Shown piece by piece: positions 41,759-54,289 of a stretch of DNA of 64,000 nucleotides. The translations under genes were made by a program, and so were the position numbers. The notes beneath the pieces were generated by a model, which did not search any database, was not told the origin of the DNA, and saw nothing but the letters and a program-made list of their open reading frames with translations. This stretch comes from Octopus vulgaris (lineage: Eukaryota), in the NCBI GenBank assembly GCA_951406725.2, contig OX597814.1, positions 31,000,001 through 31,064,000 of the forward strand, given 5' to 3'. Position 1 is the first letter of the stretch. Every line of letters begins with the position of its first letter.

Positions 41759-42424
41759 ATTAATGCACTTCTCAAACTAGTTTATCTATTTCTCAATTTC
41801 CTAATAATTAGGGATTACATTTACTTAATTATGAGTTGTCAACTTTTTCTTTCAGTGAATTGAATATAAGTCAAAAAGGAATAGGTGAAATAGCTAGGTG
41901 CACAAAAGGACCAAGTGGTGGCATGAAACAGGATTTAGAATTAAGTCAACCACCCAAGAACATGAACGGAATCTATCGAAGTTTCACTACTAGATTTCTC
42001 TCATAAGACTTTAAATGATTCAAATTTGTTGCGGAAGACTTTTACACAAGCTTCCACTCAGTAGTGGAAACTAGCAACTCATCATTGTGAAGCAAACTGA
42101 AAATAACAAATCCTGACTAAATGTATTCGGCGAGTGGAACACACGATTTAATTTTAAGACTTGTACTATTGGATCTAGTTGAGTCTAAGTGAACTGCGAT
42201 GATTCTGTCATTTATGACATGATGAAGCGAAAGAACTACAACTCGGTATCGAGTTTGAATAGAAAACTTTATTCACTGTGAACGTGTCTATCAGACAAAT
42301 TTGAAAGAATCCACAGAGAAATTTCTGAACGATTTCGGCTGATATAACAATAATTGTAACTTATTTATTATGTATGTGTGCATACATTTATTGTATATAC
42401 ATCGCTCTCTATCTATCTCTTTAA

Positions 42425-42545
<121 letters not shown>

Positions 42546-43143
42546 TATTTGTATGTATTGTATTTCGGATGGCAAATATTTTGCCAAATAAACATACACG
42601 CTATACGTTCGTTCTTCACTCGTTTATTACTGTTCTAATTCGAACTCATGTCCATTGCCCGGAAATCTTTCGTCACGCATCTGTGACCACATCAGTGACA
42701 CATCCCGTCTTCGTTCGTACTCTTGCCCTTCTTATTCCATTCTATTCTTCTAGGATGTATATCATTATATGCTCGTGCGTCTGTGTATGTGTGTGTCGTT
42801 GTTCTTAGTAGCACTATGACCCTCCACTCAGCCCCGTCCCCTACCTCGTTACCGCTCCTACTGCCCTTGAATCCGATTTTGGTACCGCTCTTGTAACACA
42901 ATGTGGTTGTGTGTTCGCCCATGCTGCTGTAATCGTGATAGCTGTTAATGTCGTTGTTGTTGGTTTGTTTTCATGTGAAGTTATGACAGTGTTTGTGTGT
43001 TTGTGTGTTTGTGTGTTTGTGTGTGTGTGTATGCATGCATACATATATAGGAAAGATATATATATATATATATATATAACGCCATGTTAGATCGTTAGCT
43101 CCTACACGCATTTTTTTCTCTCCTTGTTTTTTTTTTCTGTGTA

Positions 43144-43181
43144 TCTTTCTGTCGAAGAGCGTAGGCTCGAAACGTAAAAGA
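43144..43181 (+). ncRNA. Minimal hammerhead-like motif (CUGUCGA variant) in a Penelope-type terminal repeat
   Basis: UCUUU-CUGUCGA-A-GAGCguagGCUC-GAAA-CG-UA^-AAAGA; stems I and II pair perfectly. Confidence 0.5.
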
Positions 43182-43277
43182 CTTGTTCTATTTCAATTCC
43201 TGAGCGCCATACTAATACATTTGTTTGCTTGTACTCCATCTGCCTTCGTCTTGTGTTTATTTTCGTAAACCTTCCCG

Positions 43278-43322
<45 letters not shown>

Positions 43323-43324
<2 letters not shown>

Positions 43325-43540
43325 GGAGTAGCTGAGTGGGAAATAGCTTGCTTACCAATCACATGGTTCCGGGTTCAGTCCCACTGCGTGACACCTTGGA
43401 AAAGTGTCTTCTACTATAGCAAAAGTAACCGATAGAATAAGTACTAGGCTTACAATGAATAAGTCCTGGGTTCCATTTGCTCGACTAAAGGTGATGCTTC
43501 ACCATGGTCGCAATCAAATAACTAAAACAAATAGAAGAAT
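43323..43540 (+). mobile_element. Octopod SINE with an internal deletion
   Basis: The head is joined directly to the 3' part (ctactatag|caaaagtaaccgatagaataagtactaggc). Confidence 0.8.
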
Positions 43541-43546
43541 AAAATA

Positions 43547-43616
<70 letters not shown>

Positions 43617-43681
43617 TGTATGTATGTATATTTCTGTGTGAGTCGTATGTCATTTTTGTTTCCTCTTCATTTTCTTACTTA

Positions 43682-43718
<37 letters not shown>

Positions 43719-43729
43719 GCACTCACACA

Positions 43730-44608
43730 CAAGATGTGATCAATAAATATCCAGACTATCGTCATAGTAACGAAGCTAAAGCACGCAGATTAAACTCACT
43801 TGGCACAGATAGACCGTTGATTCTGCTGTGCATGCGCACTAGGTTGTAACGTTCTAGCTCACTTCCGCTGTTTACAGCAGTGCTTGGAGAAGAGTGTGTA
43901 GCGTGTGATAGTCACATTGACTGTGGTCCAGAAAGTTATCAGTGCGATACCTGCTCAGAAACCTACGCAAAGTTTCAGAAACAGTTTGGAGAAGAGTGTA
44001 TGAGCCTTACACAAATGTACGAATGGTGCAGATGTTTCCAAGATGCCCAAAAATGTGTCGATAGTGATAAACGTTCTGAGAGACCCGCAACCAGTTGAAC
44101 TGAGGAAAATATTGTAGATGTGCGTGCCGCTGTGAGGGGAAAATCTTCGAATTACCATCCGTGAGTTATCAGAGGATGTTCAGATTATTTACGGTTCAGT
44201 TGAATCCATTATCACTGACGATTTGTGTATGAGACGCGTCTGCAAAGTTTGTGCCAAAACTGCTTTTAGCTGATCAAAATGACACTCGGGTTGCAGTTGC
44301 GCAAGAGCTCCTTGATTGTGTCCAGAATGATGAAGACTTTTTTGAAAAATTGCACAGGCCTCTGAGCAAGTACCGCCAAACTTTTGACGAAATTTGATGC
44401 AGATTTTCTGCTCAATTTTCTGTTATGGCCAATGCTACAATCACACGCTATACACCTTTATTCCAAACACCGTTGTAAGCAGCAGAAGTGACCTAGAACG
44501 CTAAACGTTAGTGCGCTTGCACAGAATAGTTCATAGTCAATCTGTGACGAGCGGCTTCACTCTGCATGCTTTAGCTTCGTTACTATGGCAATAGTCCGGA
44601 TACTTATT

Positions 44609-44612
<4 letters not shown>
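43730..44612 (+). mobile_element. Internally deleted mariner element with long (about 190-bp) TIRs
   Basis: tcaataaatatccagactat..catagtaacgaagctaaagca / tgctttagcttcgttactatg..atagtccggatacttattga. Internal HTH fragment QMYEWCRCFQD...DSDKRSERP. Confidence 0.85.
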
Positions 44613-44665
<53 letters not shown>

Positions 44666-46132
44666 ATAAGACCGTTAATTTAAATATCGATCTTATCAAG
44701 TGGCCAGCATAGGAATAAAAACCTTCAAAGGTAATAATTATTATTAAAATTATAATTTAGGGTATCTAAGAGATACCACGACGCTGGAAATAGGAGTTAA
44801 AACATTATATATATATATAGTACACAAATGCATTCCTTGAATGGCTTCTAAGTAATATCGCTTCGTGAAATGTTTAAGTTATTGTAATATATTTGCCTAA
44901 GGATATATCATGCCGATGATTCGAAGCTAAGATAAAATGGCTCTATAATTGGCTACTAGAGAATAAGAGATATTTAGGATCTTCCTAATGAGTACAAAAA
45001 TATAATTAAACATGTATATTCTATATATCTTTTTCGTTACTTATTATTTAAGATTTATCTAGAACTGATTACCTCCCTTACAATAACCGTTGCCAGTGCT
45101 TTTCGACTATATCTGAGTATATGTGTACGTGTGTGTGTACGTATGTATACATATGTTTGTATATACTAGTATGTATGTGTATATGTGTATATGTGTGTCA
45201 GTGTATGTGTGAATGTATGTGAATGTGTGTGCGTTCACATGTGTGCGTGTATGTGTCTATGTGTATTTGCATGAAGCAATAATACTATTTCTATTTTTAC
45301 TTTCGACCTCTTTACTTCATTACAGTAATTATTTCATTCAAGATAATATATTTTGAGAGGATAACTAATTTTTATCAATAAAGAGAAAATATGAAGAATG
45401 CATTAAAAATGTATGGTAGAAAATGCTAGAAAATGCCTAGGTGAAATATTTCAAATTCTAGAAGCAAGAAATTCTCATACAAAGAATATGTTTTTAGAAT
45501 AAGTTAGGAAAGAAAAATGTAAGAGAAAAAATGACAATACTTTCCGTAAATGGATAGAGGCATGTCACCCAAGATGTGCTTTTGTTTTGATTAATACTAT
45601 GTTCATATATTGTGAATATAATGCAACACTGATGTAAATAATATTCTGTGCATGAAATTACATCGAATCCTTCATTTTATCCGTAAACTAAAAGTTGTAA
45701 TGATTTGTAGAATTCTGCACAACGGAACCGTTATATTGCGCTTAAAAAAAAAAATCCTAGTTTCTTTCTCTCTCCCTATGATGTCTATTATAATTGAAAC
45801 AGACATGTGTATAAAATGATGTACTGTCTAGTGAGAGAGCTTTGTCTCTCATTCATTTAACCCTATAGAAGCTGGTATTTGTCACAGTAAATTACAGTGA
45901 ATTAATAGAAATGGGTATTTTAAATATTCTTTCAAATAGAGGCAAAATTAGGTTCCTTACACCGAACCCAGAGGGATATAAGACACATTTGGCGTTTGTG
46001 GGATTTGAAACTAGAGCTGGAAGAAATGCCGTAAAATATTTTTTCGATGGTCTAACGATTCTTACATCCAAATGTCTTAAGAAACCAGAAGAATTGAAAC
46101 ATCCGTTACCTTGCTCATTATTTGTTCATTAT

Positions 46133-46315
46133 AAGGCGGCGAGCTGGCAGAAACGTTAACGCGCCGGGCGAAATGCTTAGCGGTATTTCGTCTGTCGCTA
46201 CATTCTGAGTTCAAATTCCGCCGAGGTCGACTTTGCCTTTCATCCTTTCGGGGTCGATAAATTAAGTATCAGTTGCGTACTGGGGTCGATCTAATCGACT
46301 GGCCCACTCCCCCCT
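46133..46315 (+). mobile_element. tRNA-derived SINE (OR1-like)
   Basis: ggcggcgagctggcagaaacgtt...gagttcaaattccgccgaggtcgactttgcctttcatcctttcggggtcg; related copies near 28340, 33630, 41000 and 49550-49990. Confidence 0.8.
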
Positions 46316-46416
46316 AGAATAGAAAAGATTATCATTTACTTAGTTAAAAATACGCGGATTATTGGGAAAAGAACGACAAAATTTCTATTATAACCTCTCA
46401 CTCATTCACACTCTCT

Positions 46417-46496
<80 letters not shown>

Positions 46497-47333
46497 CTAT
46501 CATGTGTGTGTGTGTGAGACGTTGTATTTGCTTCGAATACTCGTGTGTTTTATTAACTGTAAACCTAGGTTTACTAGTTATGGGATTGGCAACAGAAAGT
46601 GCATCCAACTTAAGAAATATCTGCTCCAACACTCTCTCGTCTGACACAGGCAAGTATGTAGAATTAAACTTGAAAATAATTAAGCTGTACGTATTCATTT
46701 CACTTCCAAAACTTTTCCAGTTTTGTATTTTAATTCAATTAAGTTATAAAGTGTCTATGAAATGTGGGTGTCCACTACTCTGATATTCTACTGCTATATG
46801 TCGTCAAAATTTGTAATTTTGAGCAAGTTTGACTGTGTATGGGTGTTCAGCTTTTACTGAGCAACCTACACAAATGATTTGTTCATTGCGATCAAATGTA
46901 TGCGCTGCACATTAGCCCACTCTCTCCATCAAATCGACGTTTCTTGAACAGTTGCTCAGTGTACCATATGACAGTTGTGGAAGTGATCAGAGAGTAATGT
47001 GAGATGAAATGCTTTACTGAAGAACTCAACGTAGCACCCAGACCTGTAATTAAAACCAAGATCGTAATACAACATCCTAACCCCTAGACCAAGTGCTCTT
47101 ACGTATATATATATATATAAATATATATAAATAGGTGAATGAATTATCCTATGTTTATCGTCAGCATGGAAAATTCGTTTAACCGAAACCTGGGTAGCAA
47201 ATTCACGTCAGAAACACGGTTGAAGCGACCTGTCCAAAGGTAGAAACTCAGGGTTCATATGCAGAAATTTGTGTGTTGTATATGAATAAATGAAAGAATG
47301 GAGTCGAACGAAGATGGTAACAAAATTCCTTTA

Positions 47334-47415
47334 CTCTCGACATATGTTTCGAAGACAACATGGTTTCATTCCAAAGGAATAAATGGTGCATTATGCAATC
47401 TTCTCATCAGGAAAG
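47334..47415 (-). ncRNA. Canonical minimal type I hammerhead ribozyme
   Basis: CUUUC-CUGAUGA-GAAGAUUGCAU...AUGUUGUCUUC-GAAA-C-AUAU-GUC^-GAGAG. The core is intact and loop III is palindromic. Confidence 0.85.
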
Positions 47416-47869
47416 AAATTCTAGATATAATTCTATTATCAATTCCCACATAGTCAGAATCGCTTTCTCTAACACTAGAAATCTTTCACAAATTATATCT
47501 TCTCACAATAACAAGCTGCTAAACAAAGATTCTTCACCCGGGAGTTCCAACACTAATCTTGCTAATTCCAACCCATCATACAATCATAATAATAGGAATA
47601 GTATTAATAGTAACAGCATTGGTAGCAGCGAAAGTGTTAACAATGATAATATTAATAATAGTATTAGTCGTGTTAATAACAATGGTAATGTTGATGGTAA
47701 TAACAATAACGGTATTATTGACGGTGGTATTACTGGTTGAATTACCATTAATAATACTAATAATAATAGAAATAGTGTAGTTGTTGGCGCTAATAATAAT
47801 AGTAACAACAATCACAGCAATAAAAACTTCGTTTCGATCTCGGAGGACAACCCCGACAGAATTAAATTT

Positions 47870-48259
47870 TTGTCTAGTAATTCTAAGATTAAGAATTCTA
47901 TTTACCAGTGTAGAATTTCTTCCGGTACCGATGTCTTCTTCTATATAGGAGCGTCCACTTCCCAGTTATCCAAGAGAATTTCAAACCATTATTCAACATT
48001 CAGGGATAGTAAAAAACGACATAGTACAGGGCTAAGTAAATTAGTTTGGCGGTTTAAAGACAACAATATAAATTTCAAGTTAGATTGGTTCATACTGTCT
48101 GTATCCTTTCCTTTTGATAAGGGCAGGAGATTTTGTAACATTTGCAACTCTGAACTCTTCCATATTCTCTTCTCTAAGGTTCCCCTTGTAAACACACTCA
48201 GAGAAAAATCATACAAATGTAAACACTGGCAGAAACATACTTTCTACTCATATAAATGA
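47870..48259 (+). pseudogene. GIY-YIG endonuclease domain of the Penelope-like element
   Basis: Open 129-aa frame with GIY-YIG and C-terminal Cys/His motifs; the upstream RT is missing. Confidence 0.85.
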
Positions 48260-48536
48260 TAACGATAGTCACTGTGGTTTGAACAATTAGCTTAACGTTC
48301 ACCCCACTTCAATAGCAAAATTCTTTCCTAAGCCTTCGAACATTCTTTCAATCAACGTACCCTTCCCTCTCCACTTGTTCCCTACCTATTATTCCTTTAA
48401 CCCTTCTCTTCCTAATATCTATCTTTGAAGTCAATTCTTCTAACGGTTTTTTAAAAAACACTCATTATCGTTTTGTTTACCATGTGGGCAGTCATCGAAA
48501 TTTTTGTTTGTCTTGTTGTCGAGAGAGGGTCCCTTT

Positions 48537-48618
48537 CTTTCCTGATGAGAAGATTGCATAATGCACCATTTATTCCTTTGGAATGAAACCATGTTGTCTC
48601 CGAAACATATGTCGAGAG
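48537..48618 (+). ncRNA. Minimal type I hammerhead ribozyme in the 3' terminal repeat
   Basis: Same as 47334-47415 with one extra stem II mismatch. CTGATGA at 48542, GAAA at 48602, GTC at 48611-13. Confidence 0.8.
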
Positions 48619-48660
48619 TAAAGGAATTTTGTTAACATCTTCGTTCGACTCTATTCTTTC

Positions 48661-48708
<48 letters not shown>

Positions 48709-48855
48709 AGAAATTAGAGAAGAACCACCATGAAGCAATTGAACAATGATATACTTAAATCATACCATATAGAAAAGAATTAAAGATACGAAGAAACATT
48801 TACCTAAAACTAAATAAAGTACTGAATAATAAATAAATAGTATATAATTAGTAAA

Positions 48856-48940
48856 TAGACTACACGTGTTTCGTGGCTATATTTTCAAATTGGTAACAAT
48901 AAAATCAATTCAATTTAAGTATAGTTACTCATCGAGTCTA
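48856..48940 (-). ncRNA. Degenerate type I hammerhead (UCGAUGA core)
   Basis: UAGAC-UCGAUGA-GUAACUAUA...UAUAGCCAC-GAAA-C-ACGU-GUA^-GUCUA. Confidence 0.6.
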
Positions 48941-51061
48941 AGATAAAAACAATAAGATAATTAAATAACTGTACGTGTATTATCTTATAAGAAAATGTAA
49001 ATATATATAAAAACACTACAATATATCTTAAAATAAAAGCACGGCTTATCTTACTGAATATATTCTAAATCTTTAAACTTAATACGTAGGACTTAGTGTT
49101 TAAAATAAATTTATCTCGTTAAAAACTTGGTGTAAATAAAAGTAGAATAAATAGATAGAAATATTTATTTTATCTCTAAACATATATTTTAGCTTTTAGA
49201 AGAAATGAACAATCTATAGTATATCATTACTGGAAAATTAAAGTACACGTAATTAAAACAAAATATTTAAAACAAAATATTTAAAATACATAATATACAT
49301 TAACTGAAGCTAAATTACTATAACTTAATCTATATCCATAAAATTATTTGTTTATGTATTTATTTAATAAACACCTAAGTTTAATCTTATTCTAATTATG
49401 TAATATATTGTAAAATAACTTCAAGCTAACATATAAATAATATCAGTTATATATAATTCAATAGTATATGAAATAATGGCCTCTTGGAAGGATTCTCGTA
49501 AATTATGTGATCGTTGTTGCACCATGATCAAATCTTGGTTTCAAATTTTGTCACAAGGCTACCAATTTCGGGTTTAAGGTAAATCGATTGCAGTACCCCC
49601 AGTGCTTAACGGTAAAAGGCAAACTCAACCCTGGCGTAATTTGAAATCAAAACACAAAGTCGGACAAGATGTCGCTAAGCATTTTGTCCAATGTGCTACT
49701 GATTCCGCCAGCTCACCGTCTTTCAAAGTCTTGGTACAAAACGAACAATTTCGAGGCAGTAGTAAGTCGATTATATCGAAACCAGTTTTCTTATTTTATC
49801 GCCTCCAAAAGGATAAAAGGCAAACGCGACTTCGGCAAATGTACGTGGGGTGCAAGTCGATTACTCAACTGGTACTTATTTTATCGACCCCGAAATGGTT
49901 AAAGCAGAGTCGATCAAGGTTGAATTTGAACTAAAAAACCTAAAGTCGGAAGAAATGCCGCTAAGCATTTTTTCCGATGTAGTAACACTTCTACTAGCTT
50001 GCCACCCTACTGTGATCAAACATCAACACGGGAAAATACTACGAAAAAAACGCCTATGGTTGATACTATTGAGATTTGAAATCAGAAACAGTGAACCATC
50101 AACATTATATTAATGTAAGAAAAACAACAAAGAACAAAAAAAAAACTAGCTTGTCTCTCTCAAACTGTTTTACATCACTGCAGCTAAATATGAAACATAA
50201 TATTAACAATAGAAATAACAATGCCTGTAGGGAGACAATTTTAGGGAACACAGATAATTAGTAAAGTAAGATACGAAACGGACACTCTCACAGCGAAACT
50301 ACATCCTGCTGAGGACGGTATAACATTTAGCTTATGTTTACGGATTACATTGAGTCATAAATCCATTCAGACGCGGAAGAAATACTTCCTGTATTTTCAA
50401 CATTTGTCGAGCAGGTATTAAACTAAGTTAAAATTTTAAAAAATCTTTTCAATTTTCAGTGGGGAAAAACTGTTTTGTCACATCAATAACAGCTTATTTG
50501 TTGGTGAATGGCGAATGGCGAACGGTGCGCGGAAAATATCACGCAAATTCTCCCCCATGCCTGAAAGCCATACATTTGTAATGCATATGGTTAAATGAAT
50601 CAATAACAGTTGAACTGAATATTAAAATTCCTGGAAGAAAAGATCACGATAAAATATATTCTTCATAATTTTTTCATCCTTTTCACAAATACTTTAATAA
50701 TTTCACCTCTATATGCAATGATTCAACATAAATTTTGTCAATAAGTCTGAGTCCAAAAGAGGACATAGTTTCGTTGGCTGGGAGACATAAAATATAGCAA
50801 ATAGTCTGTTTGGTTACACACATAATTATTTTCCAAACATGTGTGCATGCTTTAAATCGATTGTTAACTATTCAGTTTAATCTGTATTATTCTTGTATCT
50901 TGGAAATATAAGTGAAACACGTATACGCACAGAGGTTAATACATATTACACGTATAGAGTCACTCATTTATATGTATAAATCTATATGATATAATAGTAT
51001 AATATTATATAGTGTAATACAATATAATATATATTTTATTATATTATATAATATACAATAT

Positions 51062-51112
<51 letters not shown>

Positions 51113-51209
51113 TTATAAATAAGGATAATATCGATATTTAAATATCGATATTATCAAGTGGCCAGCATGGCCTCTGCATATATATATCTGTATTTATGTG
51201 CTTTGATAT

Positions 51210-51268
51210 ATTCAACCGATGACGGCAAAGCTTGTTTAAAGCAAAGCTAGAAATCCAGGATCTTGAAT
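51210..51268 (+). ncRNA. Type I hammerhead-like motif with a CCGAUGA core
   Basis: AUUCAA-CCGAUGA-cGGC...GCUa-GAAA-UCCAGGA-UC^-UUGAAU. Confidence 0.6.
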
Positions 51269-52883
51269 TATTCAGTAATATCTTTTGCTAGTCTATTTTG
51301 TCTCTCTGTCTTATCTCATGGTGCGATATGAACATTTAACGTGGTTTTTAGAGTCAGGGATTTGACTGCTATTTCGACATGGTGGTACCTCTCAGACACC
51401 CTTATTTTTAGTTATATATATATATATATATATCTTTTATTTGTTTCAGTCATTAGACTGAAGCCATGCTGGGGTATTGCCTTGACTAATGTTTAATCGA
51501 ATGTATTGACGCCAGTGCTTACTTTTAAAGTCTGGTACTTATTCTATAACTCTTTTGCCGAACCGCTAAGTTACGAGCAGGTGTGTAGTTATATAGAAGG
51601 AGAAAAATAAAGAAAGATTGAAAGAAAATATTTTGTAGAATGTGTATTAAAAAAATGTGTAGTGAAGTTGTAATTTTGATTTGATAGTGAAGTTTTTACT
51701 GCTTATATTTCAATCAGGAATAAAACCAACGGAGTAAACAAGTACGTTATATGCAGCTCCTGATTTATGTTGGTTAAAGCTTTTCTTGTATCTAATCAGG
51801 ACTTTTTTTGTTTATAAGGTTGGATATTTGCTATTTTATAATACATAAAGTAAGGTGTGTGACTTGTCAATGTTGTAAATATTAAACTTGGTACTTTCTA
51901 CAGGTTTATAATAAGAAGTTTATGTTGCCATACAATATTTGGGGTACTCTAATTTGTTTCTAGCATGTCTATTGACAATCAACCGAGCTGAATGCCAAAT
52001 GCGTAGCTCTCTGCTGCCACTTGTCATATTCTTTATGTCGCACTGGTTATGACTGCTTGCAGTTATTTAGGAATCTAAAATAATTAGGGAAAGTGTCGTA
52101 AAAGTTACGATGCCATACTCGCTTGTGAGTAACATCTACAGATTTTAGTTATTTATTGACAGGGTAGTCACGTACGAAACTTTTATTTTCTTATGTTTGC
52201 CCTGACATAGCCATTAACGTTTTAAAGGATATTGGGAAGTTTCAGGAAACAAAAACTTAATAAATATATTAGGCAGTAAATTTCATTAAATATCTACAAA
52301 TTTTCTTAAGAGCAATGTAATATTTTTAGCAATACAGTTCCCGTTTTCTAAAAGTAGAAAACTGTAATTCTAATTGGAGTTAAAGAGTCGTGGACCAGAA
52401 GCGACGTATTTTCTCCATATTTTTCGTATTGAAAACTTTAGCACTTTATCGTAAGAGGCATTTGTTTTTCGTAAAAAAATAGCCAAACGCAGGTGATATG
52501 TTAAAGCAGGCGACCGTAGGGAATATTTCTGTATTATCTGATAAATGATAGCGACTGAATAATGCTTAACTATAGATAGCTGATAGTAATGTTTTTCAGA
52601 GAATGCCTCGACGCAAAGTTTCATGTCACAATAGGGAAAACGACCGTAATCTATGTTATTGTTAGAAAAATGTAATATGATAAGTGTTAGGGGAGGAAGT
52701 ATATGAGTGATATACACGTGGAAGTGTTCTTTCGTTGTAATTACGATTCTCAGTAGGTATCAACATGGTTGGTGGTCGAAATGTACGTAGATTGAACAAG
52801 AAAAAAATGAACAGTTAAGTTTGGCTACTAACTTGGTGAAAGAACAAATAGAAAATGTTCCTAGTACATCGTGCATGGATTTT

Positions 52884-53001
52884 CATACATACATACATAC
52901 ATACATACATACATACATACATACATACATACATACATACATACATACATACATAAATACATACATACATACATACATACATACATACATACATACATAC
53001 A
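52884..53001. repeat. (CATA)n microsatellite
   Basis: Direct reading. Confidence 0.95.
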
Positions 53002-53744
53002 TGATGGCTGATCACTCGTTATCGAGTATGGTCATTGCACGAAGCTTAACTGTTATTGGTGCTGTGATCGAATGTGACTTTTATTTACTTTTTAAGGCTA
53101 CAACCAGCCATTCAGTTGAGACTCACAGCACCATCAACAATCATGAACAATGTTGTTATCGTGCAATGCCTGTGCAAGAAGATTTTTTTTAAGTGAGGAA
53201 AGGCAGTGAACTGAGTCAATTCCATTCACTAAGCAACAGCAGCCATAATCCGAAAAGAAGAACAAGTGAATATCATCGGTAACTACTAAGCACAGGTTTT
53301 ATGTCGGAGTTATCCCAGTTACCTGAGTTACCTTCTTCTAGAAGGATGCCCTAACAAAGGCTAGGAGTCCTTCACTCCCAATGGTTTAACCGCGCGATTG
53401 GGTATTCAGTCCGATTATTTCTATGTCCCCGCGCATGATACTGCCTTAAGCCTTAAGAGAAAAAAAACCCCACATTTATTGGATGGCCGTTGACTCTCAA
53501 GAGTTCCTCCGCCATTTGAAAGGTTTTATTTTTCCTCCCGCAGGGTGTCCAATAAACACCCTCCTCACCAAGCAAGCTTGGTGGGGTTGCCGGTTTAGCC
53601 GCCGACGGCCCGACCATGCAACAGATTATACTGGGTTACATGATACCAGTAGCACTCAAAAGTGAACTGACATACATACATACATACATACATACATACA
53701 TCACACTGCTTAAGAATTACATACATACATACATCACACTGCTT

Positions 53745-54065
53745 AAGTCTTGAGAATTAGGCTTCTCAAAACCAGAAATGAAAAAGCTGATTCGAAGAGT
53801 ACAGATCCAAACCATCAGTGGAACTGTAAAACCTGTAAAGCTTTCCAGAAGTTTATCATTTAAATATATATGAATATGTCTAGATATGCGAGTATGTGCA
53901 TGAGAAGACATACATAAAACAAAACATACAAATCTGCACGTATGCATACATGCACACAAAATTACTTTGTTGGTGATGTTGAAATTGTAATGAAAGAGCA
54001 TTGGATATAAGTTAGAAAGCGGTTCTTTCTCCATTGGCTAGAAATCTTGAAATAAAACTGAACAA
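53745..54065 (+). mobile_element. 3' end of the same RLE-type LINE family as 16480-17475
   Basis: cttgagaattaggcttctcaaaa...ccagaagttta...aaatcttgaaataaaactgaa aligns by eye with 17135-17470. Confidence 0.7.
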
Positions 54066-54186
54066 TGATACATATACATACATACATATATATATACACA
54101 TACATGTATATATCTCATTGTTATGTGTGTGTATGCCTGTGTTTACCTTTCTGTCTATCTATTTACCTATCTTTGTTTTCTCTGTG

Positions 54187-54235
<49 letters not shown>

Positions 54236-54289
54236 AAGTAACAAGAGACGGATTTTGGTTCGCTCACTATAGCTGTTTCAGACAAGTTT

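Larger units (their letters stand above)
47286..48665 (+). mobile_element. 5'-truncated Penelope-like element with an inverted terminal repeat copy
   Basis: GIY-YIG ORF 47870-48259 (IYQC...FYIGASTSQLSKRISNHYSTF...CNICNSE...CKH). 47286-47418 is an inverted copy of 48533-48665, and both carry a hammerhead. Confidence 0.9.

Noticed and set aside
51690-52800. Possible additional highly decayed Penelope remnant (minus strand) with GAAAU-GUAC-GUA at about 52778
   Set aside because: Too degenerate to support by eye; no CUGANGA half was found.
54255-54285. Half hammerhead (GAAAC-AGCU-AUA, minus strand) at the 5' end of the PLE
   Set aside because: Only the 3' half is present and it is mismatched.
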